A stretch of DNA of 63,936 bases, counting the filler, from an uncultured bacterium (lineage in GTDB: Bacteria; CAYJRR01), in NCBI GenBank assembly GCA_964372275.1. It is 3 parts of 3 records of this genome, joined end to end, with 100 filler letters (N's around TTAATTAATTAA, not from the genome) between each part and the next. Parts side by side here need not be neighbours in the genome. Positions count along the whole stretch, not along the records: positions 24,836 to 49,405 come from CAYJRR010000070.1; 2 more parts are not named here. The stretch is one strand, 5' to 3'. Positions 35,113-48,090 of the stretch are shown piece after piece. The translations under genes were made by a program, and so were the position numbers. Under the pieces are notes generated by a model, which was given only the letters and a program-made list of their open reading frames with translations, was not told the DNA's origin and ran no database searches. The number at the start of each line of letters is the position of its first letter. Position 1 is the first letter of the stretch.

Positions 35113-36402
35113 GTGAACCCGGTCTTCTCCGGCCTCGAAGGCCTCGCGCTCGGCGTCGGCCTTCCCGCTCTCGCGGCGATCGCCACGATGGCGCTGGCGG
35201 CGGTGATCTGGCGGAATCGGCGACGCAGGATGTTCGAGGGGCTCGCGCCGGCGTTGGGCCTCGAACCTGCGCCCCCGGGGTCGCCTTCGTCGCTCGGCCG
35301 CACCGTGCGCCGCGGCGAGGGATGGCTGCGCGGCTCCCGTGGCGGCCTTCCCGTCGAGGCGTTCCTCGGCGCCTCTCCCGGTTCGGCGGACCACTTCTCG
35401 CTGTGGGTCGGCGGCCCGCCCCCGGAGATCACGATCCGCCACGAATCGGTCGGCGATGTGATCGGTCCCTCGAGCGATCTGTCGATCGGCGACCCCGCCT
35501 TCGACGTCCTCCAACTGGAAGGACCACCGCTCCTGCTCCGGGCGCTGCTCGACCGACGCACCCGGAGACTCGTCTCGGAGGCGCTCCACGACGGCCTCTC
35601 GATCTCCGGCGGCGCGGTCCGGCAGTCGATCCCGATCTTCGGCCTCGAACGGGAGCGCCTCGACGCCGAGCTCGACCGCGTCGTCGGCCTGGCCCGATCG
35701 CTCCGGCTCGATCGCCCCGCCGTCGAGCGCCTGGCCTCGATCGTCGACGACGAAGAGGAGCCGGTCGCCGTGCGAAAAGGCGCGTTGGCGGCGCTCCTCG
35801 CCGACGGCGCCGGCAGCGACGCGGCGGTGCGGGTCGGGGACCGCGCGCTCGCCTCCCCCCGCCCGGAGCTCCGGTTGGAGGCGGCCCGCCATCGCGAGCG
35901 CGGAGCGGTCCTGTTCGACCTCGTGGCCGACGCCTCGGTCGCCGTCCCGCTGCGCGTCGAGGCGCTCCGGGCGATGCGCGCCGCCGGACCGGCGGGAAGC
36001 GCCTGGCTGCGGGGCGGCGACGCCGGAAAGGCGCTTCTCGACCTCTACGCGGCGGTGGCGCGGACGCCCGTCGATCCGGACACCGCGCTCGAGCGGCTGG
36101 CGGCGTTGACCGCCATGGTCGACGCGCTGGGGGAGTTCGGGACGGTCGAGGCGGTCGAGCCTCTCTCCCGCGACTGGCACCGCGATGCCGACCTCCACCG
36201 GATGGCGAAGAACGCGGTCCTCCGCATCCAGTCGCGACTGGCCGGCGCCGAGCGGGGTCAACTCTCCCTCTCCGAGACGGCGGCCGCGCAGGGGGCCCTC
36301 TCCGAGGCGGCCTCGGCGGGCGCCCTCTCCGCGCCGGACCGCTCAGGGCGCGAGGCGGCGGAGCGCCGCGTCGACCTCGTCCGGCGGGAAGAACGAAAGT
36401 AG
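35113..36402 (+). CDS. Hypothetical membrane-anchored HEAT-repeat-like protein
   Basis: N-terminal TM; GDPAFD; helical repeats (ALGEFGTVEAVEPL); C-terminal GAERGQLSL. Confidence 0.6.
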   Translation: MNPVFSGLEGLALGVGLPALAAIATMALAAVIWRNRRRRMFEGLAPALGLEPAPPGSPSSLGRTVRRGEGWLRGSRGGLPVEAFLGASPGSADHFSLWVGGPPPEITIRHESVGDVIGPSSDLSIGDPAFDVLQLEGPPLLLRALLDRRTRRLVSEALHDGLSISGGAVRQSIPIFGLERERLDAELDRVVGLARSLRLDRPAVERLASIVDDEEEPVAVRKGALAALLADGAGSDAAVRVGDRALASPRPELRLEAARHRERGAVLFDLVADASVAVPLRVEALRAMRAAGPAGSAWLRGGDAGKALLDLYAAVARTPVDPDTALERLAALTAMVDALGEFGTVEAVEPLSRDWHRDADLHRMAKNAVLRIQSRLAGAERGQLSLSETAAAQGALSEAASAGALSAPDRSGREAAERRVDLVRREERK

Positions 36403-37194
36403 GAGCAGCGCCATCACCACCGAGAAGGTGCTCACCGGAAACGACACGTAGATCAAGGCGTGGAAGAGAAGCGCCGCCAGGAAGAGCGGCCACCGGAACC
36501 TCGGGATCCACATGCCGAACGCGAGGGCGTACTCCAGCAACGGCGTCAGCACCCCGCCGAGTTGGCACATGGCGACGAACCCGGGAAGATTGGGCAGGTC
36601 CGAACCGGTGTAGAAGTGCATCACCGTCTGCTGCAGCCGCGCGCCGGACAGAAAGCCGATCTGCGTCTTGTCGATCGCCGTCCAGAAGTAGACGGCGCTC
36701 ACCTGGAGCGAGATCAGGGTCAGCCCCCACACCGGCGCGCGTTCCGACGGCGCCGGCCCGCCCGTGCCCGCGGCGCGGCGCAGCGCGATCCAGCGGTCGA
36801 GGGAGAACGACCGTTCGCAGGGGGTGAGCGCGAGGAACAGGAACGCGATCGCCAGCAGGAAGTTGTGATGGTGCCCGGCGTAGTCGAAGTCGAGGACGTT
36901 CCCCGGGTCGTGCCAGAGGACGAGGAGCAGCGCCCCGGTCGCCGCCGCGGAGACCCGGCTGTAGCGACCGAGGACGCAGGCGGCCGAGGCGAGAAAGAAC
37001 CCGGCGGCGAAGGCGATGCGGACGGCGCGATGGTCGGTGAACGGCGCGATCTCGCGCGCGGTCTCCGCCCAGGCTGCGAGCCCCAGTCCGATCCGCATCA
37101 GCCCGGCGCTGCGCGTCGAGCCTTCGCGCGCGAAGAGCGCCGTCAGCCACGCGAACGGATCGCGCCGCGACACCGCGGAGTCATCCGCCGGCAC
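36343..37194 (-). CDS. HTTM-domain membrane protein (SdpB/vitamin K carboxylase-like)
   Basis: MRIGLG, FSLDRW, LQVSAVYFWTAIDK..FLSG, LLE, LLFH...TFS. Confidence 0.8.
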   Translation of the reverse strand: MPADDSAVSRRDPFAWLTALFAREGSTRSAGLMRIGLGLAAWAETAREIAPFTDHRAVRIAFAAGFFLASAACVLGRYSRVSAAATGALLLVLWHDPGNVLDFDYAGHHHNFLLAIAFLFLALTPCERSFSLDRWIALRRAAGTGGPAPSERAPVWGLTLISLQVSAVYFWTAIDKTQIGFLSGARLQQTVMHFYTGSDLPNLPGFVAMCQLGGVLTPLLEYALAFGMWIPRFRWPLFLAALLFHALIYVSFPVSTFSVVMALLLLSFFPPDEVDAALRRLAP

Positions 37195-37573
37195 AGAGGT
37201 TCTCCTCCCCCGCCGCGAGGGGCTTCCACCCTCGGCGAACCGCCTTCTTCGCGTAGAGCCGCAGGTCGGTGCCGGGCCCGAGCTTCTGGCAGAGCTCCCG
37301 CCCCACCTTCTCGGCCGCCGCGATCGTACCGATCTTCTTCATGTAATAGCGGCCCTCGTCGCGACGCGACGGGCTTCCCAGGAGCGCGTGCCGGTCGACC
37401 CGCCGCTCGACGCCGTCGGCGGCGCGGACGCGGTAGTCGACCTGGATCAGACCCAGACCGACCCGGCTGTACATCGTCCAACCGTGGAAGAGACCGTTGC
37501 GACCGAAGACCTGCCGCTCCGCCGGGCCGAGGAGGATCGCGGCGGCGGCCCCGAGGAACAGGACGTGCCGCAC
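37181..37573 (-). CDS. Small HTTM partner protein (SdpA/DUF5819-like)
   Basis: N-terminal hydrophobic segment, GWTMYS motif, two Cys (ELC...NLC); overlaps the HTTM start. Confidence 0.55.
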   Translation of the reverse strand: MRHVLFLGAAAAILLGPAERQVFGRNGLFHGWTMYSRVGLGLIQVDYRVRAADGVERRVDRHALLGSPSRRDEGRYYMKKIGTIAAAEKVGRELCQKLGPGTDLRLYAKKAVRRGWKPLAAGEENLCAGG

Positions 37574-37604
37574 GCCGACACGCCCGGCCCACCCCGGTCC
37601 GGTC

Positions 37605-38393
37605 TCAATCGACGATGTTCTCGGCGCCATCGATCCGGATCGTGTTCCCGGTCATCCACTGCGTCTCGGCACGGGCGAAGACGGCGACCGCCTGTGCGAT
37701 GTCGTTCGGGGTGGTCAGCCGCCCGGACGGGTTGCGCGCCAGCACCGTCTCGATCATCCGCTCGTTCCCCGGGATCTTCCGCAGCGCGGGCGTGTCGGTG
37801 ACGCCGGCGAGCAGGGCGTTGGCGGTGATCCCCTTCGGCGCCAGCTCCACCGCGAGCTGCCGGATGTGGCTCTCCAGGGCGCATTTCGCCGCGGAGACCG
37901 CGCCGTAGGAGAGCCAGATCTTCGACGAACCGGCGGAGGTCATGGCGTAGATCCGTCCGCCGCGCGTCATCAGCCCGCGCCAGATCACGTCCTGCGTCCA
38001 GTAGACGAGGCTGTGGGCCATGACGTCGAGCGTCATGTCCATCTGCTTCGAATCGAGCGCGTCCTTGGCGTTCTCCGGGACGAAGGGCTTCAGCGTCCCG
38101 AAGGCGAGCGAATGGAACAGGACCTGGATCGACTCCCCGGGTCCCAGAAGGTCCTTGGCGCGGTTCAACACCTCCGACCGTTTCTCGGCGTCGGCGGCGT
38201 TGACGTTGAAGAACTCCGCCTTCCGTCCCGCCCCCTTGATCTCGGCGGCGATCCGCTCGACGTTGGCGATCGTCGACTTGCGGTCGAGGTGCACGCCGAG
38301 GATGTTCCAGCCGGCCTTGGCCAGCGCCAGCGCCGTCGCTTCGCCGAAGCCGCTCGAGGCACCCAGGATCAACGCCCAGTTCGCCGTGCTCAT
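37605..38393 (-). CDS. fabL: SDR enoyl-ACP reductase (FabL-like)
   Basis: ILGASSGFG, HSLAFGTLKP, YGAVSAAK (Yx6K), GVTDTPAL, NPSGRLTTP. Confidence 0.8.
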   Translation of the reverse strand: MSTANWALILGASSGFGEATALALAKAGWNILGVHLDRKSTIANVERIAAEIKGAGRKAEFFNVNAADAEKRSEVLNRAKDLLGPGESIQVLFHSLAFGTLKPFVPENAKDALDSKQMDMTLDVMAHSLVYWTQDVIWRGLMTRGGRIYAMTSAGSSKIWLSYGAVSAAKCALESHIRQLAVELAPKGITANALLAGVTDTPALRKIPGNERMIETVLARNPSGRLTTPNDIAQAVAVFARAETQWMTGNTIRIDGAENIVD

Positions 38394-38400
38394 CCGCGCC

Positions 38401-38411
38401 GTTATAACATC
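38401..38411. promoter_or_regulatory. Palindromic GTTATAAC -10-like element between divergent fabL and oppD
   Basis: Minus strand reads TGt-TATAAC, 7 nt, then the fabL ATG; the palindrome gives TATAAC on both strands. Confidence 0.5.
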
Positions 38412-38418
38412 GCTCCCG

Positions 38419-39159
38419 CTGGACGATCCCCTTCCGCCGCTGTTCGAGCTCGAGGAGCTACGCGTCGACCTGGCGACGCCGCACGGGCCTCGGCGCGTCG
38501 TCGACGGGGTCTCGTTGCAGGTCGCGGCCGGCGAAACGCTGGGGGTCGTCGGCGAGAGCGGAAGCGGAAAGAGCACCACCTTGCTCGGAGCCCTCCGGCT
38601 CCTGCCGGCGACGGTCACCGGGAGCGCCCGCTTTCGCGGCGTCGACCTGTTGCGCCTGGCGCCGGCGGAGCTTCGCCGCTACCGCGGCGCCAAGGTCGGC
38701 GTCGTCTTCCAGGATCCGACCGCGAGCCTCGACCCGACCTGGCGTGTCGGGCAACTGATCGAGGAGGCGATCGCCGCCCACCGCCCGGTCCGGGGCCCGG
38801 AACGGCGCGAACGGGCGGTGGAGCTGCTGGCGCGGGTCGGGATCCCCGATCCCGTCCTCCGCGCGCGGGCCTACCCGCACGAGCTCTCCGGAGGGATGCG
38901 CCAACGCGTGGCGATCGCGCTCGCGCTCGCCGGCGATCCCGAGCTCTTGATCGCCGACGAGCCGACGAGCAGCCTCGACGTCACGGTGCAGGCACAGATC
39001 GTCGACCTCCTGCGGCGCATCCAACGCGAACGGGGGCTCGCGATCGTGTGGGTCAGCCACGACCTGCCGCTCGTGGCCGAACTGTGCGATCGGGTGGCGG
39101 TGATGGCCGCCGGGAGACTGATCGAGACCGGCCCGCCGCGCGACGTTCTCGCCCGATGA
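38419..39159 (+). CDS. oppD: Oligopeptide/dipeptide ABC transporter ATP-binding subunit (OppD/DppD-like); start uncertain
   Basis: GESGSGKS, FQDP, YPHELSGGMRQR, LIADEPT, SHDL. Confidence 0.85.
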   Translation: MDDPLPPLFELEELRVDLATPHGPRRVVDGVSLQVAAGETLGVVGESGSGKSTTLLGALRLLPATVTGSARFRGVDLLRLAPAELRRYRGAKVGVVFQDPTASLDPTWRVGQLIEEAIAAHRPVRGPERRERAVELLARVGIPDPVLRARAYPHELSGGMRQRVAIALALAGDPELLIADEPTSSLDVTVQAQIVDLLRRIQRERGLAIVWVSHDLPLVAELCDRVAVMAAGRLIETGPPRDVLAR

Positions 39160-40127
39160 CGCACGTACGCGCCGAACGCCTGACCAAGCACTACCCCCTT
39201 TCCGGCGGGGGCGACCGCCGCGCGGTCCGGGCGGTCGAGGAGGTGTCGCTGGCGATCGCGCGGGGCGAAGTTCTGGGTCTGGTCGGCGAGAGCGGCTCGG
39301 GGAAGTCGACCCTCGGCCGCCTTCTGCTGGCACTGATTCCGCCGACGGCCGGCCGCGCCTTCGTCGGCGACCGGGAGGTCACGTCTCTCCGCGGCGAGGC
39401 GCTCCGGCGCGAGCGCCGGCGGATGCAGATGATCTTCCAGGACCCCTACGGCTCGCTCGATCCGCGCCAGACGGCCGGCGACGCCGTCGCCGAACCGCTC
39501 GCGATCCACGAGCCGGCGCGCTCCCGCGCGGAACGGCGGGAGATCGCCGCGGCGCTCTTGGCCCGTGTCGGCCTTCCCGCCGACGCCGCCGGCCGCCTCC
39601 CGGTCGCCTTCTCCGGAGGGCAGCGCCAGCGGATCGCGATTGCGCGCGCGCTCGCCCCCTCTCCGGAGTTCGTCGTCGCCGACGAACCGGTCTCCGCCCT
39701 CGACCGGCGCGTGCAGGAACAGGTCCTCGACCTCCTGCTCGGGCTGCGCGACGAGCGCCGGCTCACCTTGCTGTTCGTCTCCCACGATCTCCGGGTGGTG
39801 GAGCGCGTCGCCGACCGCGTCGCCGTGATCTACCTCGGGCGGATCGTGGAGGAGCGACCACGCGAGTCGTTCTTCCGCGAGCCGCTCCACCCCTACTCGC
39901 GCGCGCTGCTCTCGGCCGTTCCGGGCTCCGGCCACGAGCGGATCGTCCTCGACGGCGAGCCCCCCTCCCCCGCCCGGCCGCCGACCGGCTGCGCCTTCCA
40001 TCCACGCTGCCCGCTCCGGGCGCGGCTTTCGCCCGAGGAACGCCGCCGCTGCGAGGACGAGACGCCGGCGCTCATCGCCATCGGCGGCGCGGTGGGCCTC
40101 GTCGCCTGCCACCACGCCGCCCGGTGA
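39156..40127 (+). CDS. oppF: Oligopeptide/dipeptide ABC transporter ATP-binding subunit (OppF/DppF-like)
   Basis: GESGSGKST, FSGGQRQR, ADEPVSALD, PLHPYSRALL, GCAFHPRCP...C...ACH. Confidence 0.88.
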   Translation: MTHVRAERLTKHYPLSGGGDRRAVRAVEEVSLAIARGEVLGLVGESGSGKSTLGRLLLALIPPTAGRAFVGDREVTSLRGEALRRERRRMQMIFQDPYGSLDPRQTAGDAVAEPLAIHEPARSRAERREIAAALLARVGLPADAAGRLPVAFSGGQRQRIAIARALAPSPEFVVADEPVSALDRRVQEQVLDLLLGLRDERRLTLLFVSHDLRVVERVADRVAVIYLGRIVEERPRESFFREPLHPYSRALLSAVPGSGHERIVLDGEPPSPARPPTGCAFHPRCPLRARLSPEERRRCEDETPALIAIGGAVGLVACHHAAR

Positions 40128-40133
40128 CGACCG

Positions 40134-40670
40134 TCAGGGGGCGGTGGGCATCGCCACCCTCTCCCCCAGGATCTCGCGCCTCGCCAGCCGCTCCATCGCC
40201 CGCCGCACGAAGACCAGGTGCTCCTCCTCCTCGTGCAGGCGTTTCTTGAACTGCCGCTTCGCCTTGTCGTCGTCGGCCTCGTCGGCGATCTGGACGAGCA
40301 GGTCCCATCCCGCGTTGTCGGCGAGCTCCGCCGTCATCAGGGCGTGCAGCAGGTGCGACGGCTCGTCGGTCTCCCGCACCACCTCCTCGAGGCCGCGCGA
40401 TTCCGTCTTCACCAGCTCGGTCCGCGCGGTGGTGGCGTGGGCATCGCCGCCGACCTCGCGGATCTGCGCCTCGAGCCACTCTTCGTGTTCCTTCTCTTCG
40501 TCGCGATGCTCGCGTAGGTTGTCTGCCATCCGCGCGATCGACCGTTCTTTCGACCGTTCGATCTTCCGGATGATCGCGTCGTAGAGCTTCACCCCTTCCC
40601 GCTCGAACGTGAGCCGCTCGTTCAGCAGGTCGAGGACCTTTTCCGGGTTCGTGTCGTACAGGTTGGGCAT
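40134..40670 (-). CDS. Ferritin-like di-iron four-helix-bundle protein
   Basis: FEREGVKLY, EEKEH, AELADNAGW, EEEEH (paired ExxH motifs). Confidence 0.8.
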   Translation of the reverse strand: MPNLYDTNPEKVLDLLNERLTFEREGVKLYDAIIRKIERSKERSIARMADNLREHRDEEKEHEEWLEAQIREVGGDAHATTARTELVKTESRGLEEVVRETDEPSHLLHALMTAELADNAGWDLLVQIADEADDDKAKRQFKKRLHEEEEHLVFVRRAMERLARREILGERVAMPTAP

Positions 40671-40718
40671 CGATCACCTCACCCGCACGACGTTGATCCG
40701 TGCCCGTGGAGCCGCAAG

Positions 40719-41666
40719 CTAGTCGTGGCACGGGGCCGATCCGGCGTCTCGCGCGCCGCCCGCGGTCGCGGGATGGAACGCCCAGTCGTAGCGCCCCTCG
40801 CCGAGCCGCAGCGAGAGGACGCCGAACGTGGTGTCGTCGCGCACCTCGGTGATCGGGAGGGGCGGCTTCGAGAAGGGATGGAGCGGCGCGCCGCCGGTGC
40901 CGACGACGAAGCTCCGGATCCCGCGCGCCGGGTCCGGCTCCCCACGCGCGTCGACCGGGGCCAGCCGCTCGTAGCTGTGGTCGTGCCCGTTGACGACGAC
41001 GTCGGCGCCGGAGCGGTGGAGCAGCTCCCAGAGGGCGGAGACCTCCTCGTGGGGACCGTGGTGGCCGCTGCTGAACCGCGCGTGATGGAAGATCGCCAGC
41101 TGGCAGCGGCGATCCGACGACGACGCGAGCTCCCGCGCCAGCCATTCCAGCTGCGGAGTCTCTGGGCCGCACCCTCCGATCTTCGCGCAGTTGCTGTTGA
41201 GGACCACCACGCGCCACGTGCCCAGGTCGAAGGCGTACCACCCCTCCCCCGCCGTGCCGGCGCGGTCGCCGAAGTAGTCGAAGTACCCTCGGGCCCGGTC
41301 GATGCGGTAGTCGTGGTTCCCGGGCGCGGGGCGGGTGCGCGCGAGGTGGCGCCCCCACGTCGGGCCGTAGCAGTCGCCGTAGGCCTCCGGTTCGTCGGCG
41401 CCGTAGACGTGGTCGCCGGCGGTGAAAACGGTCCCGGGGATCCGATCCAGGAGGCGCGCCGTCGCGTCGTCCGCCCCCTCTCCGCAGACGGCGATGTCGC
41501 CGGCGCCGACCAACGTCGGAGCGCCCTCGAGGACCGGCGGCAGGTCGATGCGGTCCCGGTCGTCGGCCGGCCCGGGAAGTGCGGCGCAGGAGATCGCCGA
41601 CAGCAACAGACTGCGCGCCGCCGAACGTGCCGCCGCCGTACGGCCCGGATCCGTCTTCGTTCGCAT
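40719..41666 (-). CDS. Exported calcineurin-like metallophosphoesterase
   Basis: GAGDI, TAGDHVY, PGNHDY, FHH, NGHDHSYER, VVGTGG; signal-like N-terminus. Confidence 0.87.
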   Translation of the reverse strand: MRTKTDPGRTAAARSAARSLLLSAISCAALPGPADDRDRIDLPPVLEGAPTLVGAGDIAVCGEGADDATARLLDRIPGTVFTAGDHVYGADEPEAYGDCYGPTWGRHLARTRPAPGNHDYRIDRARGYFDYFGDRAGTAGEGWYAFDLGTWRVVVLNSNCAKIGGCGPETPQLEWLARELASSSDRRCQLAIFHHARFSSGHHGPHEEVSALWELLHRSGADVVVNGHDHSYERLAPVDARGEPDPARGIRSFVVGTGGAPLHPFSKPPLPITEVRDDTTFGVLSLRLGEGRYDWAFHPATAGGARDAGSAPCHD

Positions 41667-41749
41667 GGCGATCGCGTCTCTTGCGGACGCCGGCGCCGCA
41701 ACGCAAGCGCGCCGGCTCCGCCTCACTGCCAACCGCCCGGGGGGTGACC

Positions 41750-42433
41750 ATGCGACGTCGCATGCCCCTCCCGTTCGCCGACCGGCGGCATGCCGGACAA
41801 GCGCTGGCGGCGCGGCTCGCGGGCTTCCGCGGCCGGGGCGACCTGCTCGTTCTGGCCCTGCCGCGGGGTGGCGTGCCGGTCGGTCTCGAGGTCGCGCGCG
41901 CCCTCGACAGTCCGTTGGACCTGTGCGTCGTACGGAAGCTCGGCGTCCCCGGTCACGAGGAGCTGGCGATGGGGGCGGTCGCCTCGGGAGGGGTGCGCGT
42001 CCTGAACCCCGAGATCGTCGAGGCGATTGCCCTTCCCGCCGAGTCGCTCGAGTCGGCGACACGGCGGGCGATCGCGGAGGTCGATCGGCGGGAGCGCCTC
42101 TACCGGGGCGGCCGGCCTCCCCCCGCGGTCGAAGGCCGGGTCGTCCTGCTGGTCGACGACGGTCTGGCCACCGGATCGACGATGCGCGCCGCCGCCGCCG
42201 CGGTCCGGAGAAGGCGCCCCGCCAAGGTCGTCGTCGCCGTCCCGGTCGCCGCGCGCGAGACCTGTGAAGCGCTCTCCCGGGAGGTCGACGAGGTCGTCTG
42301 TCTCGAGATGCCGGAGCCGTTCTTCGCGGTCGGTCTCTGGTACGAGCGGTTTCCGCAGGTCGACGACGACGAGCTTCGCCGGCTCCTCGATCTCGCGCCG
42401 TTTGCCTCCGCCGAGGGGAGACCTATGCCGTAG
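41750..42433 (+). CDS. Type I phosphoribosyltransferase-like protein
   Basis: FADRRHAG, LALPRGGVPV, VRKLGVPGHEELAMGA, LVDDGLATGSTM. Confidence 0.88.
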   Translation: MRRRMPLPFADRRHAGQALAARLAGFRGRGDLLVLALPRGGVPVGLEVARALDSPLDLCVVRKLGVPGHEELAMGAVASGGVRVLNPEIVEAIALPAESLESATRRAIAEVDRRERLYRGGRPPPAVEGRVVLLVDDGLATGSTMRAAAAAVRRRRPAKVVVAVPVAARETCEALSREVDEVVCLEMPEPFFAVGLWYERFPQVDDDELRRLLDLAPFASAEGRPMP

Positions 42434-42450
42434 GCTCGGGAGGAGCCGAC

Positions 42451-45665
<3,215 letters not shown>

Positions 45666-46808
45666 TCAGGCCCCTTCGAGCGCCGCCTCGGCGGCGGCAA
45701 GCCCCCGGGCCACGTCGACCTTGGCGCCGAGGCGTCCCAACACCTCCCCCGACGCCGCGAGCGCGGTCAACACGTCGAAGCGGTCGACGTATCCCATGTG
45801 CGCGAGTCGGAAGATCTTCCCCTTGAGCGCGTCCTGACCGCCGGCGATCGTGATCCCATGGCGGTCGCGCATCTCCTTGACCACCGCCTGGCCGTCGATC
45901 CTCGCCGGCACCCGGATCGCGGTGACCGAATCGGAGGGCGAAGCCGCGGCGAACAGCTCCAGCCCCATCCCCACGACCCCCGCCCGGGTGGCGCGGGCGA
46001 GAGCCGCATGGCGCGCGAAGAGCGCCGGCAGCCCCTCGGCCTTCATCGCCAGAAGACTCGCGTCGAATCCGGCGACGAGAGAGATCGCCGGCGTCCAGGC
46101 CGTCTCCCCCTTCGACTGGCTGGCAATCTCCTTCGCGAGGGAGAAGTAGAACTTGGGCAGGTCGGAGCGCTCCATCGCCGCCAAGGCCTTGCGGCGCAAA
46201 CCGACGAAGGCCAGTCCCGGCGGGAGCGCGAACGCCTTCTGCGATCCGCCGACCAACACGTCGATCCCCCACGCGTCCATCGGGAGATCGAAGACGCCGA
46301 TGCCGCTGATTCCGTCGACGACGAGGAGCGTCTCGGGCCGGGACGCGGTCAGCGCAGCCAGCTCCCTCACCGGGTGGGCGACGCCGGTCGACGTCTCCGA
46401 CGCCTGCACGAAGACGGCGCGCGCCTTGGGATGGCCGTCGAGAGCGCGCTTCACCGCCTCGACGGTCACCGCCCGGCCCCACTCCACCTCCACGCCGACG
46501 GCCGCGATCCCGTACGCCTTGCAGAGCTGGGCCCACCGGTCCCCGAACTTCCCGGCGCGCACCACGATCGCTTCGTCGCCGCGGCAGAGCAGGTTGACGA
46601 CCGCCGCCTCCATCGCGCCGGAGCCGGACGAGGTGAGCACCGCCACCTCGCCCTCCGTCGTCTGGAGCAGCCACCGAAGGTTCTCCCGCACCCGGAGCAC
46701 GATCTCCTTGAACGCCGGCGCTCGGTGGTAGACGAGCGGCGCGCTCATCGCCCGCTCGACCTCGGGCGAGATCGGCGTCGGACCGGGGGTGAGGAGGCGT
46801 CGCTTCAT
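45666..46808 (-). CDS. Class V aminotransferase (serine-pyruvate/alanine-glyoxylate type; probable SerC role)
   Basis: LLTPGPT, SSGSGAME, ETSTGV, VDGIS, GSQKAFALPPG, FRLAHMG; upstream of serA. Confidence 0.88.
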   Translation of the reverse strand: MKRRLLTPGPTPISPEVERAMSAPLVYHRAPAFKEIVLRVRENLRWLLQTTEGEVAVLTSSGSGAMEAAVVNLLCRGDEAIVVRAGKFGDRWAQLCKAYGIAAVGVEVEWGRAVTVEAVKRALDGHPKARAVFVQASETSTGVAHPVRELAALTASRPETLLVVDGISGIGVFDLPMDAWGIDVLVGGSQKAFALPPGLAFVGLRRKALAAMERSDLPKFYFSLAKEIASQSKGETAWTPAISLVAGFDASLLAMKAEGLPALFARHAALARATRAGVVGMGLELFAAASPSDSVTAIRVPARIDGQAVVKEMRDRHGITIAGGQDALKGKIFRLAHMGYVDRFDVLTALAASGEVLGRLGAKVDVARGLAAAEAALEGA

Positions 46809-46905
46809 CGGAAAAACCTCGTGGCGGGCGATGCGAGGCGGCCCAACGTAGAACGGGAGGGGGGTGAAGTCAAAGTCCCGCCGCGCCGCCGGGCCTTACG
46901 CCGCG

Positions 46906-48090
46906 TCAACCGAGCACGTCGATCGCGTCCTGTTGGAGCAGCCGCTGCAGGGCGCGAAGCGCGACGAACGGATCGAGGCCGCTGCCCGCGATCAGGTCGT
47001 CGACGGTGGTGACGCCGTCGATGCGGGCGAAGAGGTACCCCGCCTCGCCCGACAGGTCGAGTCGCATCGCCTCCGTCGGAGCGCGCTTTCGGCGCGGGAC
47101 CAGCACCGACGCGCGCCACTGGTTGGTCAACGCCAGGAGGTACGCCTTGCGCGTTCCTTCGAGCGCGCGGCGAAGCGTCTCGTCGACGGCCGGTCGCTCC
47201 CGTGCCTCGCGCTCGAGCCGGGCGTAGCTGTCCTCGATCCGTCCCTCGCGGAACAGCCGCGCCGCCGCGGCGATACCGTCCTCCGCACCGGCCGGCTCCG
47301 GCGGAAGCTGCGGAATCGACGCCACCGTATCCCGGCGGACCGGGGTGGCCGCCGCGGGACCTCCGGCCGCCGATGGGCCCGCCACCGGCGAGAGGTCCAC
47401 GATCGACGGCGCCGGCGCCGGCCGAGTCCGGAACGAGACCGGTGCCGCGCCCGCGCGGAACAGCGTACCGGAAAGGATCGGCGCCGCCGGTGGCGCCGCA
47501 CGCGGCGCCGCGACCGCCGGCCTACCGCCGGCAACGGCTCCGCCCATCGCGGACCCCGCGCTCGACGGGGACCTCGCGTCCGCCGGCGTCGCCGCCGGTC
47601 GAGCGGCCGGAGGCGCGGGCGGCGAGCCGGCAAGGGTGCCGTCGAGACGCCCCGTACCGCGCGACGAAGCGGCGACGTTCTTTGGCAACGCGTCGAGGAA
47701 TTCGCGCAGCCCCGGGAGCGCGGCGCTGCCGCGCGGGAAGCCGAACGGGCGAGGCGAACCGGCCGGCCGGTCGGATCGCGCCGGCGAAGGCGTTCCGGCG
47801 CCCGGACTGACCGCCGGGATCGGAGGCGGCGCGACGAGACCGGCCGGCCTCGGCAGCACCGCGCGCGCCCGGGGCGAGGAACGTTGTCCTTCGAAAGCGA
47901 CGGCTTCTGCGCCCCGAAGGGAGCTCACGTCGACGCCGGCGCTTTCGAGGTAGTCGAGCGCCCGCTCGTTGCGAGGATCGGTCTCGACCACCTTGCGCCA
48001 GCACGCGATCGCCTCGTGCACCTTCCCGACGCCGTAGAAGAAGAGCCCCTCCTCGATCCGTTCGGAGAGGCGTCGGTCGTGCTCGCTCAA
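46906..48090 (-). CDS. Hypothetical protein: N-terminal TPR, Pro/Ala linker, C-terminal winged-helix-like domain
   Basis: [56 protein letters not shown] overlap with the dnaK paralog. Confidence 0.65.
   Translation of the reverse strand: MSEHDRRLSERIEEGLFFYGVGKVHEAIACWRKVVETDPRNERALDYLESAGVDVSSLRGAEAVAFEGQRSSPRARAVLPRPAGLVAPPPIPAVSPGAGTPSPARSDRPAGSPRPFGFPRGSAALPGLREFLDALPKNVAASSRGTGRLDGTLAGSPPAPPAARPAATPADARSPSSAGSAMGGAVAGGRPAVAAPRAAPPAAPILSGTLFRAGAAPVSFRTRPAPAPSIVDLSPVAGPSAAGGPAAATPVRRDTVASIPQLPPEPAGAEDGIAAAARLFREGRIEDSYARLEREARERPAVDETLRRALEGTRKAYLLALTNQWRASVLVPRRKRAPTEAMRLDLSGEAGYLFARIDGVTTVDDLIAGSGLDPFVALRALQRLLQQDAIDVLG

Noticed and set aside
36343-36402. 60-bp overlap of convergent gene ends
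   Set aside because: Short tail-to-tail overlaps are common in GC-rich genomes with few stop codons
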